64,000 nucleotides of DNA from Dicyema japonicum (taxonomy: Eukaryota; Animalia; Dicyemida): positions 179,199-243,198 of the forward strand of contig RDEW01000024.1 in NCBI GenBank assembly GCA_011109175.1. Reading direction: 5' to 3'. Made by a program: the position numbers and the translations under genes. Each line of letters opens with the position of its first letter. Positions within the stretch are counted from its first letter, which is position 1. The notes below the pieces were generated by a model. It was not told the origin of the DNA, searched no databases, and saw only the letters and a list, made by a program, of their open reading frames with translations. Positions 12,201 through 24,700 of the stretch are shown one piece after another.

Positions 12201-12860
12201 ATGGGTCATTTAATAGGTCGCAGAAATATATAATTTCTTAGTTATATTTATTTACTTAATCGTCTTTAATGACAGAGTCAATGCTAAAAGTAAAGAGTAT
12301 AAGTTTCCAATTGGATTGCAAAGGTCGATGATAGAGTTTCAGCAGTTATGAGTGGATTAATATTCCTGAGCTATTATAAGCTTGGAACAGTATGGAAGAT
12401 TTAAATTTAGATCGATTACATTGAATTTAATATCGGGAGAATGTTAATAGCCGATGAAAGCTGTCCGCAACTCATATTGAGAGATAAATACTCTTCTGAT
12501 TATTTCAACTTAGTTTTTGATTTTAAGCAAAAAGATGATCTTGTTATTATATATAAAATTTCTCTCGTTGCTAAATGTATTTAAAGAACCTTTATTTTAG
12601 TTACAATTTTTTATGAATGGGTCAACCTGACGCATAAAATTGGTGAATATTGCCAATGCAATGAAGCATTAAGCTTACTGCGGAAGAAATTTAGCATAAA
12701 AATGTGGAACTTTAAATTTCAACTTTTAAGAAACGACACAATTATGGATTTCGTCGGAGAAAGTTTAGTTTATTTAATTTCAGACGGAGACTGTAAATGT
12801 GAAAGTTTTCAAAATTTAAATACAACGATGCAAAAATTTAAAAACACTGGAATTAATTAG
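12201..12860 (+). CDS. LAMP/CD68-like domain protein, subfamily P copy 1 (no TM segment)
   Basis: Introns 12217-12241, 12390-12410, 12577-12600, 12763-12783 (25, 21, 24, 21 nt). Spliced: signal peptide, ...SCPQLIL...NLVFDFKQKDDLVIIYKISL...LTHKIGEYCQCNEALSL...FSIKMWNFKFQLL...GDCKCE...NTGIN*. One 1-nt indel near 12310. Gene model well supported; LAMP call is by-eye alignment. Confidence 0.65.
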
Positions 12861-13299
12861 TCATAACTGGTAGATTTTTTCAATGACTTCATTTTACTAA
12901 TCCACTCTCTTAAAAAGTATTGCAAAGCTCCTGACTTTATGATAAAAAGACATGTCCTCATAAATCTTTTAAGAAATTATGTGACTTACTAAAAACTAGT
13001 TCATGTAGATTTATTATCTAAAAAGTAGGTCATTTAATGTGAAATTGTAGTCTCATCAAATGGACCATGAAGTCTTTCAGAATACTTAAATATTAACACA
13101 TTACCTAATCTGTCATATATTTCTAAAGATATTGGTAGATAAAGCTAAAAACTCATTCGGACAAGATCAGGATACTCATTGGGGCATCTGAAATACGATG
13201 ACTGAAATGAATTCAAGGGAGGAAATCAAAAAGTAGCAACCTTAATCGCTGAGGAAATTCGAATCATTGAAAAAATACATATTCATGAATCAAGAAAAA

Positions 13300-13745
13300 A
13301 TTCACATGAATAGTGAAGGACGGTCCCTTCATATGCGACCAACCATCAGCTCTCAATGGATGAAGATGCCACGATGATTAGCATTGTTGATGAACTAGAA
13401 TGTTTTATGATGCGGCCAGCCTAGCGATGTTTCTGCATATCAGTCACAAATATAAAATTTCTGGCTGGGAGAGCATCGATATTCGATGAAATAGGAAGAT
13501 ATCATTACTTGGTTGTCTTAGAAGATAGGTCTGTGGCCTTATAAAGACGAATGTGATAAATTCTATTAACGATGACTCAAAATCAAAGATTTATTAAACA
13601 CAACACTAAACAATGTTAAATCTTCAAGACAGATAATGAGCATGCGATTTCCTTGTTAAATTATTATATTGGTCTTATCAGCATCGAACCTGGTGAATTT
13701 GAAGCCATTGACAAAAATATAAGACTAATACTCGCAAAGGCCTTA
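13300..13745 (+). mobile_element. Decayed R4/Dong-like RT fragment
   Basis: Y.YL.VLED and NEHAISLLNYYIGLISIEPGEFEAIDKNIRLIL resemble the post-RT region of R4/Dong elements. Confidence 0.5.
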
Positions 13746-13961
13746 GAAAAGTCTTACTTAAATGTTTAAAAAAGTACAACAGTACAAATTGATGGAAATA
13801 AAAATATCTCCAAATCAATGCTAAGAGATTGAATTTGCTTTTTTCCTAATTTCGGTATCTTAGATTTCATCTTTATACCAATAAATATTTAATTTAAATA
13901 AAAATAAATTAATTTAAATAATTATGAAATAATATAATTTTAAAGAATTAAAAAGCAGAAA

Positions 13962-14738
13962 ATGGGTCATTTAATAGGTCGCAGAATATTTATTATTTCT
14001 TAGTTATATGCAGTTACTTAATCGTCTTTAATGACAAGTCAATGCTAAAAGTAAAGATTATAAGTTTCCAATGTGGATTGCAAAGGTCAATGATAGAGTT
14101 TTAGCAGTTATGAGTGGATTAATATTCGTGAGCTATTATGAGGAAGAAGAGTATGAGAGATTTAAATTTAGATTAAAAATTTTGAATTTGGAGGCGACGG
14201 GATGTTAGTCGTTGATGAATGGTCCTCACAAGTCAAATTAATTGAAAAATATTCACGAGATCATTTTAATTTAGTTTTCAATTTTGAACAGAAGGATGAT
14301 CTTGTTGTTATATATATAAAATTTCACTCGTTCATGAATGTATTTAAAGGACCTTTTTTTAGCATTAATTTTGAATGAATGGGTTAACCTGACCCATAAA
14401 ATTAGCGAATATTGTCAATGTAGAGTATTCTTCTTACTGGATAAGAAGAAATTCATCGTAAAAATGTGGAACTTTACGTTTCAACTTTTAAGAAACGACG
14501 AAACGATCGATTTTGTTGGAAAGAGTTCAGTTTATCTAATTTTAGACAGTGATTGTGAATGTAGACATTTGAAAACCGCATATACAGCAATGCAAAATTT
14601 TATAAAAATTTGAAACGATTCCTCCCGATTATCCTTGGATTTGTAGTGGCAGGTATTTCGGGAATTTTGGTGATAATATACATTAAATTCAAATATAGAG
14701 AAGATTATTCAGATTTGAATCTAATTTTTCGTAGCTGA
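13962..14738 (+). CDS. LAMP/CD68-like type I membrane protein, subfamily P copy 2
   Basis: Paralog of 12201-12860 with the same four micro-introns; ends with TM LPIILGFVVAGISGILVIIY and tail KFKYREDYSDLNLIFRS*; several 1-nt indels. Confidence 0.7.
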
Positions 14739-14804
14739 TTGATTTTTTCCTTTTTCTTGAATTGATTAAATTTTATTAAAATTAAACAGTTAAACTGAAC
14801 ATAT

Positions 14805-15015
14805 TTTAGGGAAATGAATCGTTAGGCTTTTTCTCTGACAATAACTATCGAGATAAGCTCTCGAAGTCATCTATACTCAGGTAAATCTCTGATGACCCTT
14901 TGGATTATTGAGCCGATCCAATAGAGTAGATCGTCTCCTGTGGGTCAAGGATTCCTGACATCTCAACAGAAAATGGGACTAAGAAGTGATTCTCAAAATC
15001 CTTTCGTAGTTCTTT
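14805..15015 (-). mobile_element. Degenerate CRE-like 3' fragment, subfamily B (partly duplicated at 17787-17900)
   Basis: Nucleotide similarity to 5095-5305 (CCCTTTGGAT.ATTGAGCCGATCC...GGATTC.TGAC.TCTCAACAG). Confidence 0.65.
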
Positions 15016-15554
15016 CTATTATGATTCTCGGCTTGGTTAAAACCATTAACTAGATCCAAAACTGTGTCCAAATTTTTTTTGAGAGTATGTACCACTTTCT
15101 TAGAGAATTGCAAGGAATCTTAATTTTTATTATAAAAAGACACATCCTAATAATTTTTTCTGAGAAATTATGTGCCTAACTAAAAACTATTCCATTTCAA
15201 TCATTCAAAATGGAATAGTGTCAATCAAAATGAGAATGTCAGAAATCAGTGCCAATCAAAATGAGAATAGTTGAGTTAACCTCAAATTAGTATAAATGAC
15301 TCTCCAGTATACAAAGTTTGGAGGAGGTCGCAGAAGGAAGAATTATTGTCGTATGAATTTATCTCAATTTATTTATTTACATAACCCAAAAAATAACGAG
15401 AAAGAAAGTAATAGAATCGAACTAATTAGGTGATATTGGTTTCCCTAATCGGTCTACCTCATCGAGGAACTACCGCTTTTCGGAACTGCTTCCGTTTGGA
15501 AATTATTTGTTAACGTGATTGCAAGTCGTTCTCTATTTTGGTGGTACACAGTGC

Positions 15555-17696
15555 TATTTATTATTATTATTAAAGCACTTTCACGAAAGCCATAATGATT
15601 ATAGCCCCGCATGTGCAACACTCAAAGAAACAATATTTATAGTTAGTCTTTTCCATCTTCCTCTGTCGAATGCGAGTGATCTCAATTCGTCCAGGTCGTC
15701 TCCCGTCTTTAGATTTTTTCTCACACGATTTAAGTCTTTGTTTAAGGCTGTCGGAAATGTCGATCTAGGTCGACTGCGGAAGGGTTTTTCGCATCTGTCA
15801 AAGTAATCTTCCATCGCTTTGTTAGCGGGTGCGTCCGGGTTCATTCTTAGTACATGCCCAAATAGCCTCCACCGGGCATCTATCACATCCTTGCTGATGT
15901 AAGAACACATACACTTGTTGTAGATACCAGTGGTTGATATTCTACGTGGCCACTCCATTCCGAGTAAGCTTCTTAGTTGCCTTCTATGGAACGAATCCAG
16001 TTTCAATAGTTCGTTGAAGGAACTTCCCCATGTCCCAGCGTTATACAGTAGGATCGGTTTCACAAACGCGTTGTAAAGCCTGCATCTGATGTCAATTCCA
16101 AGTCCTTTGGCCCTTAGCCATCCTTTCTTCAGTTTAGCCATTGCCGCATTTGCCAGTGTTTTCCTCCTTAGTACATCTTCAGCGTCTCCTAGTAGAGAGC
16201 CGAGCTTATTAGTACGTCTCCATCTTTCATGAGTAATATCGTCTTCTCTTTTGATTTCCGTAATTTCAGTTTTGTTAACATTTACGCTGAGAAACCATTT
16301 CTCAAGCTCCGCAGGTGCATTTTCTAGCAGGTGTTGGAGTGCGGTCACATCCCGTGATACAAAATCCACATCATCCGCATAAGATGTCTCTTCTATGTCT
16401 CCTATATAGCATTTACGGAGGTCGCGGAGTGCAGATTCAAGGTATATGGTGAATAGTAAAGGGGAGAGGGAATCACCCTGGGGTGTCCCAATCGTTGTTT
16501 TGAAACTGCGGGAAGTTGCTCCTTCTGTCCTCACAGATAGTCTTGTGTTCGCAAGTAGTAGTCTGATTATCCTAACCGACGATTCATCCAATATTTGCTC
16601 AAGCACATTCATCAGTTTCTGTCTGTTTATTGAGTCGAAAGCTCTGGAGAGATCTATTCCCAACACGGTTGTTGCGCTCTTGAATCTTTGGTGCGTTGCG
16701 CAGCGCCATCTGTGGCTCCATACAATGTCTGCCGTAGACCTCCCTTCTCGGAACCCACTTTGACTTGCTGGTAGGTATAGATCCCCACACCCTTTATCCG
16801 GCTTAGTGCAATGTTTGCCAGCACCTTGCGTATCGAATTCAGAAGTATTATCGGGCGGAGATTTTCTACTGGTCCTTTTGATTTGTTCGGTTTTTGTATG
16901 GGTATTAATAATCCATTTCCAAGTCCTAGATCGGTATTAGTTTCAAAGACGTCATTTAGGGTTTTTGCAATTGTGTCGCTAAGTTTTTTTGGCCCATATT
17001 TTAGGAGCTCAGGGCTTATGTTGTCCGGCCCAGCACTCTTGTTGTTCTTCAGTTTATTTATCGCTAATTCCACCTCTTCCACTGTGATTGGGATTTTTAG
17101 CGCCTTTGCTTTCCTTGGAAAGGGGAAAGTCATTATTTTCTTTATTCAACAGTGTTTCGAAGTGTCGTGCAATCAATTCTGCTTTTTCTTTCGGGTTACC
17201 CACGAATTTTCCATCTTTGTCTTTGATGTGAAGGATGTTTTGTCCTTTCTTTGTCCGCAGCAGCCGCAAAGCCGCATACATCCTTGAATTGTCCTTTAGG
17301 CATTCCACTTCTTTTAATAAGGATGTAATAATTTCCGGTGAGTGTTTTTTATTCATCTGTTTGATTTTCAACTGTAGTTCCCTTTATTGGATATTGAGCT
17401 CCTTTTTTTACTCTCGTCTGACGTGTTTGCCGCTTTTAGTCGTAGCTCTCTGCAATGCTTTGCCATATTTGGCACGTTCGGGTGGTGATCCAATTTTAGG
17501 GCGTGATGATTTCGGACTCCAAGGCATATTTTGGCCGACTTGGAGATTGCCTGTTTTGTTTCATCCCACAGAGTTCGTACTGATGAATCTGGTGCGGTTT
17601 TCACCATAAGAGTCTCTATTTATTCGTGATATTTAGCTCTACAAGTTGGCTCTAACCACAATTTTTCTGTCTGAAAGTATATATTGGGTCTTTGTC
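15555..17696 (-). mobile_element. 5'-truncated RTE-clade LINE with complete RT domain
   Basis: KSAGPD, LRPIILL, GIDLSRAFDSI, GTPQGDSLSPLLF, YADD, LFGHVLR motifs in ORFs 15599-17607, split by few frameshifts; (TAA)n tail at ~15555-15572. Confidence 0.93.
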
Positions 17697-18407
17697 TAGG
17701 TCGCAGAATATTTATTATTTCTTAGTTATATGCAGTTACTTAATCGTCTTTAATGACAAAGTCAATGCTAAAAGTAAAGATTATAAGATTATTGAGCCGA
17801 TCCAATAGAGTAGATCGTCTCCTGTGGGTCAAGGATTCCTGACATCTCAACAGAAAATGGGACTAAGAAGTGATTCTCAAAATCCTTTCGTAGTTCCTTC
17901 TATTATGATCCTCGGCTTGGTTAAAACCATTAACTAGATCCAAAACTGTGTCCAAATTTTTTTTGAGAGTATGTACCACTTTCTTAAGAGAATTGCAAGG
18001 AATCTTAATTTTTATTATAAAAAGACACATCCTAATAATTTTTTCTGAGAAATTATGTGCCTAACTAAAAACTATCCATTTCAATCATTCAAAATGGAAT
18101 AGTGTCAATCAAAATGAGAATAGTTGAGTTAACCTCAAATTAGTATAAATGACTCTCCAGTATACAAAGTTTGGAGGAGGTCGCAGAAGGAAGAATTATT
18201 GTCGTATGAATTTATCTCAATTTATTTATTTACATAACCCAGAAAATAACGAGAAAGAAGGTAATAGAATCGACTAATTAGGTGATATTGGTTTCCCTAA
18301 TCGCTCTTATCTCATCGAGGAACTACCGCTTCTCGGAACTGCTTCCGTTTGGAAATTATATGTTAACTAGTCTTCAAGTCGTTCTCTATTTTGGTGGTGC
18401 GCAGTGC
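17697..18407 (+). repeat. Direct duplication of 13975-14064 plus 14903-15554
   Basis: Near-identical sequence, including intron 1 and part of exon 2 of the LAMP-like gene; internal ~840-bp deletion with GATTAT at both breakpoints. Confidence 0.9.
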
Positions 18408-19559
18408 CAGTAGGTATAAAAAGAAATATTCTCATCTCTTGCCTAGTCAAATAGTTGCATGTGTGGCTCTCTTGGGCCTATGCTCTGAGTTGAGTTAAAC
18501 CATAATACAGGTCCAATTTTTGACCTCATTCCATACTGACTGATCTAAATTTTCTGCATAACAGACTTGACTATATATGACTTATATAATTTCTTGCTTG
18601 TATTTTTATTCGTTAAATTTCTTTGGATATACAGGAAAAATCCTTTTCAAGTATCACGTCCATCCATATCGGCCATTGTGTGAAGAGAAAGCATATTTTA
18701 TAGCAGAAAGGATTTAAAACCGGATGCTACGCAAATCTAACAATTCTATTCAGAATTTCAGTTTCTAATATTTCATACATTTTTACCTTGGTTACGCGCA
18801 CGAGAATATCAAATTCAAGGCTTTCACTCATAATAAAGTTAAGTAGACTTTATGCTTTTTTTAGACTTTTTGTTTTATTTAAAAAACAAAAACGCTATAA
18901 GTGCAGAATATTATATTTTAATGAACTCTTAGATTGTTTGTAATATAAATTGAATTTCGATAAATTGAGTGAATGCTGGTCTTGCTGCTAACATTTATTT
19001 TTCTTACAGACAACTCCAATGGTATATTAAGTTTTATTCTAATAGATCATTTTTACAATAGCAATAATTCTACAGGTGGTACGCATGTACCGTATTTAAA
19101 AGCAAGGTCAATTAGAACACATTCAGAACCCCATGACCCGCCAACAGAATATTCAAAAAGAATTGATTAATTCTTTATTAACTGGCTTATTTAACATGAT
19201 TTTCCATTATTCTTAGATTAAAGTTAATTAGTCTATATTTTGAAAGCAGCAGTAAAAATGAGACTATGTTGCGAATCAGCCAAGCGCTATTGAGTTTGAT
19301 TAGTTTACAGGCATTATCTTGCTACTGATTAAGTTTGTGGATTCCTGCCTTGTACATCTCCCTTTTAGCTTGCTTCACAATAAAATGAAGCATAGTTTTT
19401 TATCTGACTATATGTTTACTATAAAAACGAAAGTAGAGAATTGCAGCTTTAATTTCGGTTATTCCCAGTCTCAATTGCGAAGGAATGGGATGAGATTAGG
19501 TTTTTTAGTTTTTTGAAGGAAGTGTAAAAACTGTCTGAGGGATGTAAATGTTTCCAAAA

Positions 19560-20000
19560 CAAGAAAAACAAACGTTGGATCATCGGTGAGGTCAACATGT
19601 TTTAGACGCTTTTCAGTGAACAGTCAGTGGCATCACTCTGGAGATGGTCATGAAGCGAAAGTGTCCCACTTTCCACGTCTCAGAATATCTAATTCGTCTA
19701 CACATACTGACGGTTTGAGTACTGAAGGTAAATAAGTATCGTCAAAAAATAGTTAAATGACTTTGTTTAAGACTTTATGCCGGGAGACTACTTCTGCACT
19801 TTTCCAATGGCGAATGGATTAGTTCATAACCGTCAATCCTCTAATCGCGTAGGTGTTGATGTGGGAAACAGATCTTTATTATAATTCACAGTAAGAATCT
19901 GACCCAAAGAGAGTCATCGTCACGAAAAGCCTCCAATGATGAAAAAACTTTCATTTACTGAAAAACCATCCAGATTCTATCTGAGATCTTTGTCACTGCA
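19560..20000 (-). mobile_element. Very decayed CRE-like fragment
   Basis: Traces FRDDDSL, H.VLN.VI and LPSVL.P occur in the same order as in intact CRE copies. Confidence 0.35.
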
Positions 20001-20380
20001 ATTTATTTTTACTGAAATCTTTATCGTCTTTAAGAGTTAGAACCTTACCACACTCAAACGGCATTACGTAGTGGTTCCTTATTCTCAATTGCTGTCACGT
20101 GAGGCAACACTAGTCAAGTAGGCGGGATAAATAGTTCAAAACATTATACATGTTCTGAGATATTATTTTTAGTGAAGTTTAGGAAAGTTTATTCGTAAAG
20201 TAATGTCTCTAAATTTATCCTTTAAAATTTCCATAAAAATGTTTATTTTACAAAGTCCGTTAATTTTCAGCCCCGAATGCCTAGATTGTTTAAAAAGATG
20301 AGGAGTTTTGTTAAACAAAATACAGATATAATTGAAACTACTAAAACACCATTTTATACACCAATTTCATTTTGAATGGC

Positions 20381-23329
20381 AACAGTAGAAGCTTCTACTC
20401 AGACAGAAGAACCTGTGAAGGGAAAGAAAGAAGAAATCTCAACACAGGTCAATGATGGTGAATGTCAACTTGATTATTCACAAACTTTGAAAAAATTAGA
20501 GAAAAGCATTATAGAAGTAACGAAAACAAAAAAGGATACGAAGCATTTATTGGATTTGGTGGCGATCCTAAGAGGAGGGATCAGCCACCAAAAAAATCAG
20601 AAGTAATCAGGATAACCCTGATTAATGCCCGCTCTCTTCGGAAGCGGGCTTCAGAGCTGACTGCATTGGTCAGCACAGTGCATATGGATGTTTTGATAGT
20701 AAATGAGACGAAGATCAAGAAGGGAAGTTCTTTTAAACTTAATGGATTTTCATCAATTGATATTCCGTGGAAGAAGGGTTCTATTTCTGGAACTGGAACT
20801 TCGATTTATTATAAATCTAATTTGAATACGAAGAGACCAAGAATTATTGAAGAAGATGTATGTGAACTAGTCAGTGTGCAAATACAAACAAATATTGGAT
20901 GGATAACAGTTGGAGGAATTTATTCTAAGAGCTTACGTGAGTACCCTTGGATCATTGAGAAATTTTTTAACGAAAACGTGAATTCGATTTTGGTTGGGGA
21001 CATGAACGCAAAGCATGTTGATTATGGATGTGTTACAACAAATCAGGATGGAAAATGTCTTATAAAGTGGATGGAATCAGGAGAATTGAAAATTTTGACG
21101 TCAGCAGAAATAAATCACTATGCAACTTATAGTGGTGATAAACTTGGATTGTTCATAATGCCTCTGACGATGAGTGAAATGTGTGATCCTCCATATATCG
21201 AAAATGACATAGGAAGTGACCACATCCCACAAACGATTGAATTAAAAACTGGTCCGGTTTACACACGACAGTTATTCATTGGATATGATGTCAGCAAAAT
21301 TGATTGGAATCACTTCAATTTCTACATCAGGCTGAAAATTGGTAATGTTTGTGATTTGGGGATTTCGAAACCGGAAGATATCGACATTCTGGATAACAAA
21401 ATAAGATCTTTGTTGTTAAGTTATCTGGAAAATTATGGAAAAAGAAAAAATCTGTTGCCGCAGGAAAATATGATAATAGGAGTAGAAGAACGCTCTTTGC
21501 GTCAGGAGAAGAATAAGTTAGAAAATAAATTAAAGAGGTGTTGGGATATCTTCGACTCTCAAGAACTTAAAATGCAGATCAAGTTAGTGAAGAAGAAAAT
21601 AATGGATGTTGTAAAGAAGAATGAAGAAAAAGTATGGAAAAGAGAATGTTCAAAGTTACGTCGACAGAACCCAAAATTTTGGAAACTATATGCAAGAATG
21701 AATTCTCCCAGTAATAAGAATGAAGAAATATCTCTCAAGTCAGATGATGGTCTCACTATTCCAAAAGAAGAAATTCCAAATGTTTTACGTCGACAATTGT
21801 CCAAAATTCAAGAGATAGATCCGGCATCTTTTATTCCGATAGAAGTACAAGATACAAGAAGTAGTTATAAAGAAAAGTCGAAATTGAGTGGTCCCTTGTG
21901 TCATCCTATAACGCTGGAAGAAATAAATGCTGCAATTAAGGGTTGCAAAAATAAAGCACCAGGGTGGGATTTTATCCCAATGAGTATTTTCAAGAACGCA
22001 GGCCCAATTTTGATTGAGTGCCTAAAAATATTATATAATTCTTCTTGGAGTTTTGGTCATGTTCCAGCTTATTGGAAACGAACAATTGTACGCATGGTTG
22101 TGAAAAAAGGAAAGCCAAGGTCAAAAGCAGATAGTTATAGGCCAATTAGCCTAGTCTGCTCAATATCGAAAGTTATGGAAAAAATTGTTTTCAATCGTCT
22201 ATCAAGGCATGTTGAGGATAATAATTTTCTCTCTGATAATCAACTGGGATTTCGGCATAAAAAAGGGACTGGAGATTGCTTTAAAGAGCTAAGATCTGCA
22301 ATCGAAATTTCACGAAATAAAAAGGAATTTCTTACAATAGCATGTTTGGATATAACAAAAGCGTTTGACAGTGTTTGGCACTTTGGACTTGTTGATACGT
22401 TGTCAAAAGCAGAAATTGGGAAAACTGCGTTATTATGGATAGAAAACTTTCTTTCAAAAAGAAAGTCATATATACGTGTTGGAAATTTAATTTCAAAGAA
22501 AATTGAATTGCGAAGAGGAGTTCCACAGGGTTCAATTCTCAGCCCGCTACTCTTCAATTGCGTAATGAGAGATTTGCCAAAAACAGAGAGCGTAAATAGT
22601 CAAATGATTATTTATGCTGATGACATTCTTGTGCTTGATTCAAGCATGAATAAACAAATTTCATGGAAAAGGGTGGAATCCCATATTACTAAGATTGGAA
22701 AGTGGTGCCAAAACAATGGGTTGACTCTATCGAGGGAAAAAACAACAGTCACTTGGATTGCAAGTAAAAGAAAAAATATTAATCAATGTGTGAATACTGG
22801 GGATATAAAAATCTCTGAAACATTGAAGTATCTCGGATTGTTGATAGATCGAAGAGGATCTTTCAAGGAACATATTAAAACACGAAGAAAGAAAGCTACA
22901 GGAATGTTGAAATCTTTAATTCGATTTCATTTGGAGCCTGAAACTTTTCTTTTTGTGTATTCGGCGTGTGTTGAACCATTCTTGATATATGGTTATCAAG
23001 GATGGTTTAGAACAAAAGAAAGTGATGTCTTTGTCAAAAAATTGGAAAAGTCCAGAAGATTTGCGATTAAATTGGCATATGGACTGGACTTAAAATCTAA
23101 TATCGAAGAGGATTACGACCTGAAAGTCAGAAAGATAGAAAATTATTACATCACTTATGGAAAATGTGATGTAATTTTTGGGGTCCAAACGAAGTAGAGA
23201 CATGTGGTGTCTCATAAAATGACCCTACACGATGAATACAAACCCACTTAATTAGTTTTGGTTCAGGTTTTGGTTTCTTACAGTAATTAGTTTTGGGTTT
23301 GTTAGAAAATAAAATTTGTCTTGTCTTGT
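20381..23329 (+). mobile_element. Young 5'-truncated Jockey/I-like LINE (ORF1 tail + intact ORF2)
   Basis: TSD CAATTTCATTT(T)GAATGGC at 20362-20380 and 23330-23347; AATAAA followed by a (TTGTC)3 tail. Confidence 0.92.
20666..23197 (+). CDS. LINE ORF2: apurinic endonuclease + reverse transcriptase
   Basis: NETK, GDMNAKH, GSDH (APE); KAPGWD, YRPISL, QLGFR, LDITKAFDSV, GVPQGSILSPLLF, YADD, KYLG (RT); 843 aa uninterrupted, and the frame stays open upstream of 20666. Confidence 0.95.
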   Translation: MVSTVHMDVLIVNETKIKKGSSFKLNGFSSIDIPWKKGSISGTGTSIYYKSNLNTKRPRIIEEDVCELVSVQIQTNIGWITVGGIYSKSLREYPWIIEKFFNENVNSILVGDMNAKHVDYGCVTTNQDGKCLIKWMESGELKILTSAEINHYATYSGDKLGLFIMPLTMSEMCDPPYIENDIGSDHIPQTIELKTGPVYTRQLFIGYDVSKIDWNHFNFYIRLKIGNVCDLGISKPEDIDILDNKIRSLLLSYLENYGKRKNLLPQENMIIGVEERSLRQEKNKLENKLKRCWDIFDSQELKMQIKLVKKKIMDVVKKNEEKVWKRECSKLRRQNPKFWKLYARMNSPSNKNEEISLKSDDGLTIPKEEIPNVLRRQLSKIQEIDPASFIPIEVQDTRSSYKEKSKLSGPLCHPITLEEINAAIKGCKNKAPGWDFIPMSIFKNAGPILIECLKILYNSSWSFGHVPAYWKRTIVRMVVKKGKPRSKADSYRPISLVCSISKVMEKIVFNRLSRHVEDNNFLSDNQLGFRHKKGTGDCFKELRSAIEISRNKKEFLTIACLDITKAFDSVWHFGLVDTLSKAEIGKTALLWIENFLSKRKSYIRVGNLISKKIELRRGVPQGSILSPLLFNCVMRDLPKTESVNSQMIIYADDILVLDSSMNKQISWKRVESHITKIGKWCQNNGLTLSREKTTVTWIASKRKNINQCVNTGDIKISETLKYLGLLIDRRGSFKEHIKTRRKKATGMLKSLIRFHLEPETFLFVYSACVEPFLIYGYQGWFRTKESDVFVKKLEKSRRFAIKLAYGLDLKSNIEEDYDLKVRKIENYYITYGKCDVIFGVQTK

Positions 23330-23500
23330 CAATTTCATTTGAATGGCTAATTCCATACAAAACAGACAAACCACTTGCATTCATTGATATCGACACCTCC
23401 AAAGAAGGTGGATTAATCGAATGGGCCTCAATTGAATGAAACTGACAGTAATAATTTTTTATGATTAAACAATAAAAATATTGATTAATTTAAAATAAAA

Positions 23501-24255
23501 TTATCTAAGTTGTGATTCTTTGCTCGTTAGTGGACATAGCGGACACTAAGCCGATCTTCTACGGAAAGGAAGCCGTCTTGATTCTTAGTACAGATCTGAA
23601 TTCTCTGATCATTCTTTCCAACTGGGATAACCATGAGTCCTCCAACTTTAAGCTGGTCAATCAACTGCAGATTAACATATGCCAAACGTTCTTCGGGATC
23701 TCAGCACATGCGGCTCCAACGTGAATGGCATCGTAGGGACTGTCTTCAGCCCACCCAAATCGGCCATCTGCCACTTTTAAAAACAACGATTTGTCAATAA
23801 AATCAACTCCTATTCTTTTTCTATCATTTTGATGTTGTTAGTTGCTGTTTTTACGAGTTGTTCAATGTGTCCACCCCAACAACCCGACCTGTTGGCCCTA
23901 CCTTGAGTCACTTGTATAAGAGACCATCAGTGCCATACAAAGCGATAAGTATCCACTCCTGCTCCCACATCGAGGACCACGGAGCCTGGTGACAGTCTTT
24001 CCTTGAGGCATTCCAATGCATAGGCGTGCTTGAATGACATGTGAAGAGTACCATGTGGGGGGCACTAATAGTAACGTTGTATTTGATGCTCTGTGGACAG
24101 TCGTAATAAGGAGTGATATTGCAGAAGTATTTTCTGTCCACTTTATGCATGATTGACTTTACTAAATCAGATTTTATATAGTTTTTCGCTAAAGTAGTTA
24201 ATTGCAATTAACCAATGAGAAATTTGATTAGTTCTTCATTTGTTGTCGCATACAT
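23501..24255 (-). CDS. PCMT1: Protein-L-isoaspartate(D-aspartate) O-methyltransferase
   Basis: [19 protein letters not shown]|[27 protein letters not shown]...[26 protein letters not shown]. Introns 24189-24212, 24029-24051, 23902-23924, 23665-23687 (24, 23, 23, 23 nt); a few 1-nt indels. Confidence 0.95.
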
Positions 24256-24574
24256 CAAAGAAAATACTAAATTGTTATTTAAATTTTTAAATTAAATATA
24301 TAAATTACACATTAATTAAATAATATTTATTGTCGGTGATTCTTGGTTTTAAATAAATAAATTCATAAAACTAGATAGATTGCTTAGTGTTTGAGATGTA
24401 CAAAGTTACTGTCCAATGGTGTGCCTATGCCAATAATGATCCTAGATCGACTTTTTTCCAATTAAAAAACAGTCAATCTTAGTTTTGTCTATAAAATATA
24501 AATAAAAGATGCTTTATTTTTTTTCAATATCCAAAAATACATCACCAGAACAGTTAACTTTAACAGTATCATAA

Positions 24575-24700
24575 GTAAATCCCTAAATATAACCTCAACA
24601 TTTTCCTAAGTCTATTCCTAAATAAACCTAACATTTTCCTAAGTCTATTCCTAAGTATAACCCTAAATATATCTTTAAATATAACCATAACACTTTCTAG
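24575..24700. repeat. Degenerate CCTAA-rich minisatellite
   Basis: AACATTTTCCTAAGTCTATTCCTAA twice and CCCTAAATAT twice. Confidence 0.6.

Noticed and set aside
15519-17609. Plus-strand ORFs over the RTE, and similar antisense ORFs over other LINEs
   Set aside because: Shadow ORFs on the opposite strand of RT coding sequence with no independent motifs.
20376-20606. 76-aa ORF as an independent gene
   Set aside because: Its ATG lies inside the target-site duplication; the rest is the truncated tail of LINE ORF1.
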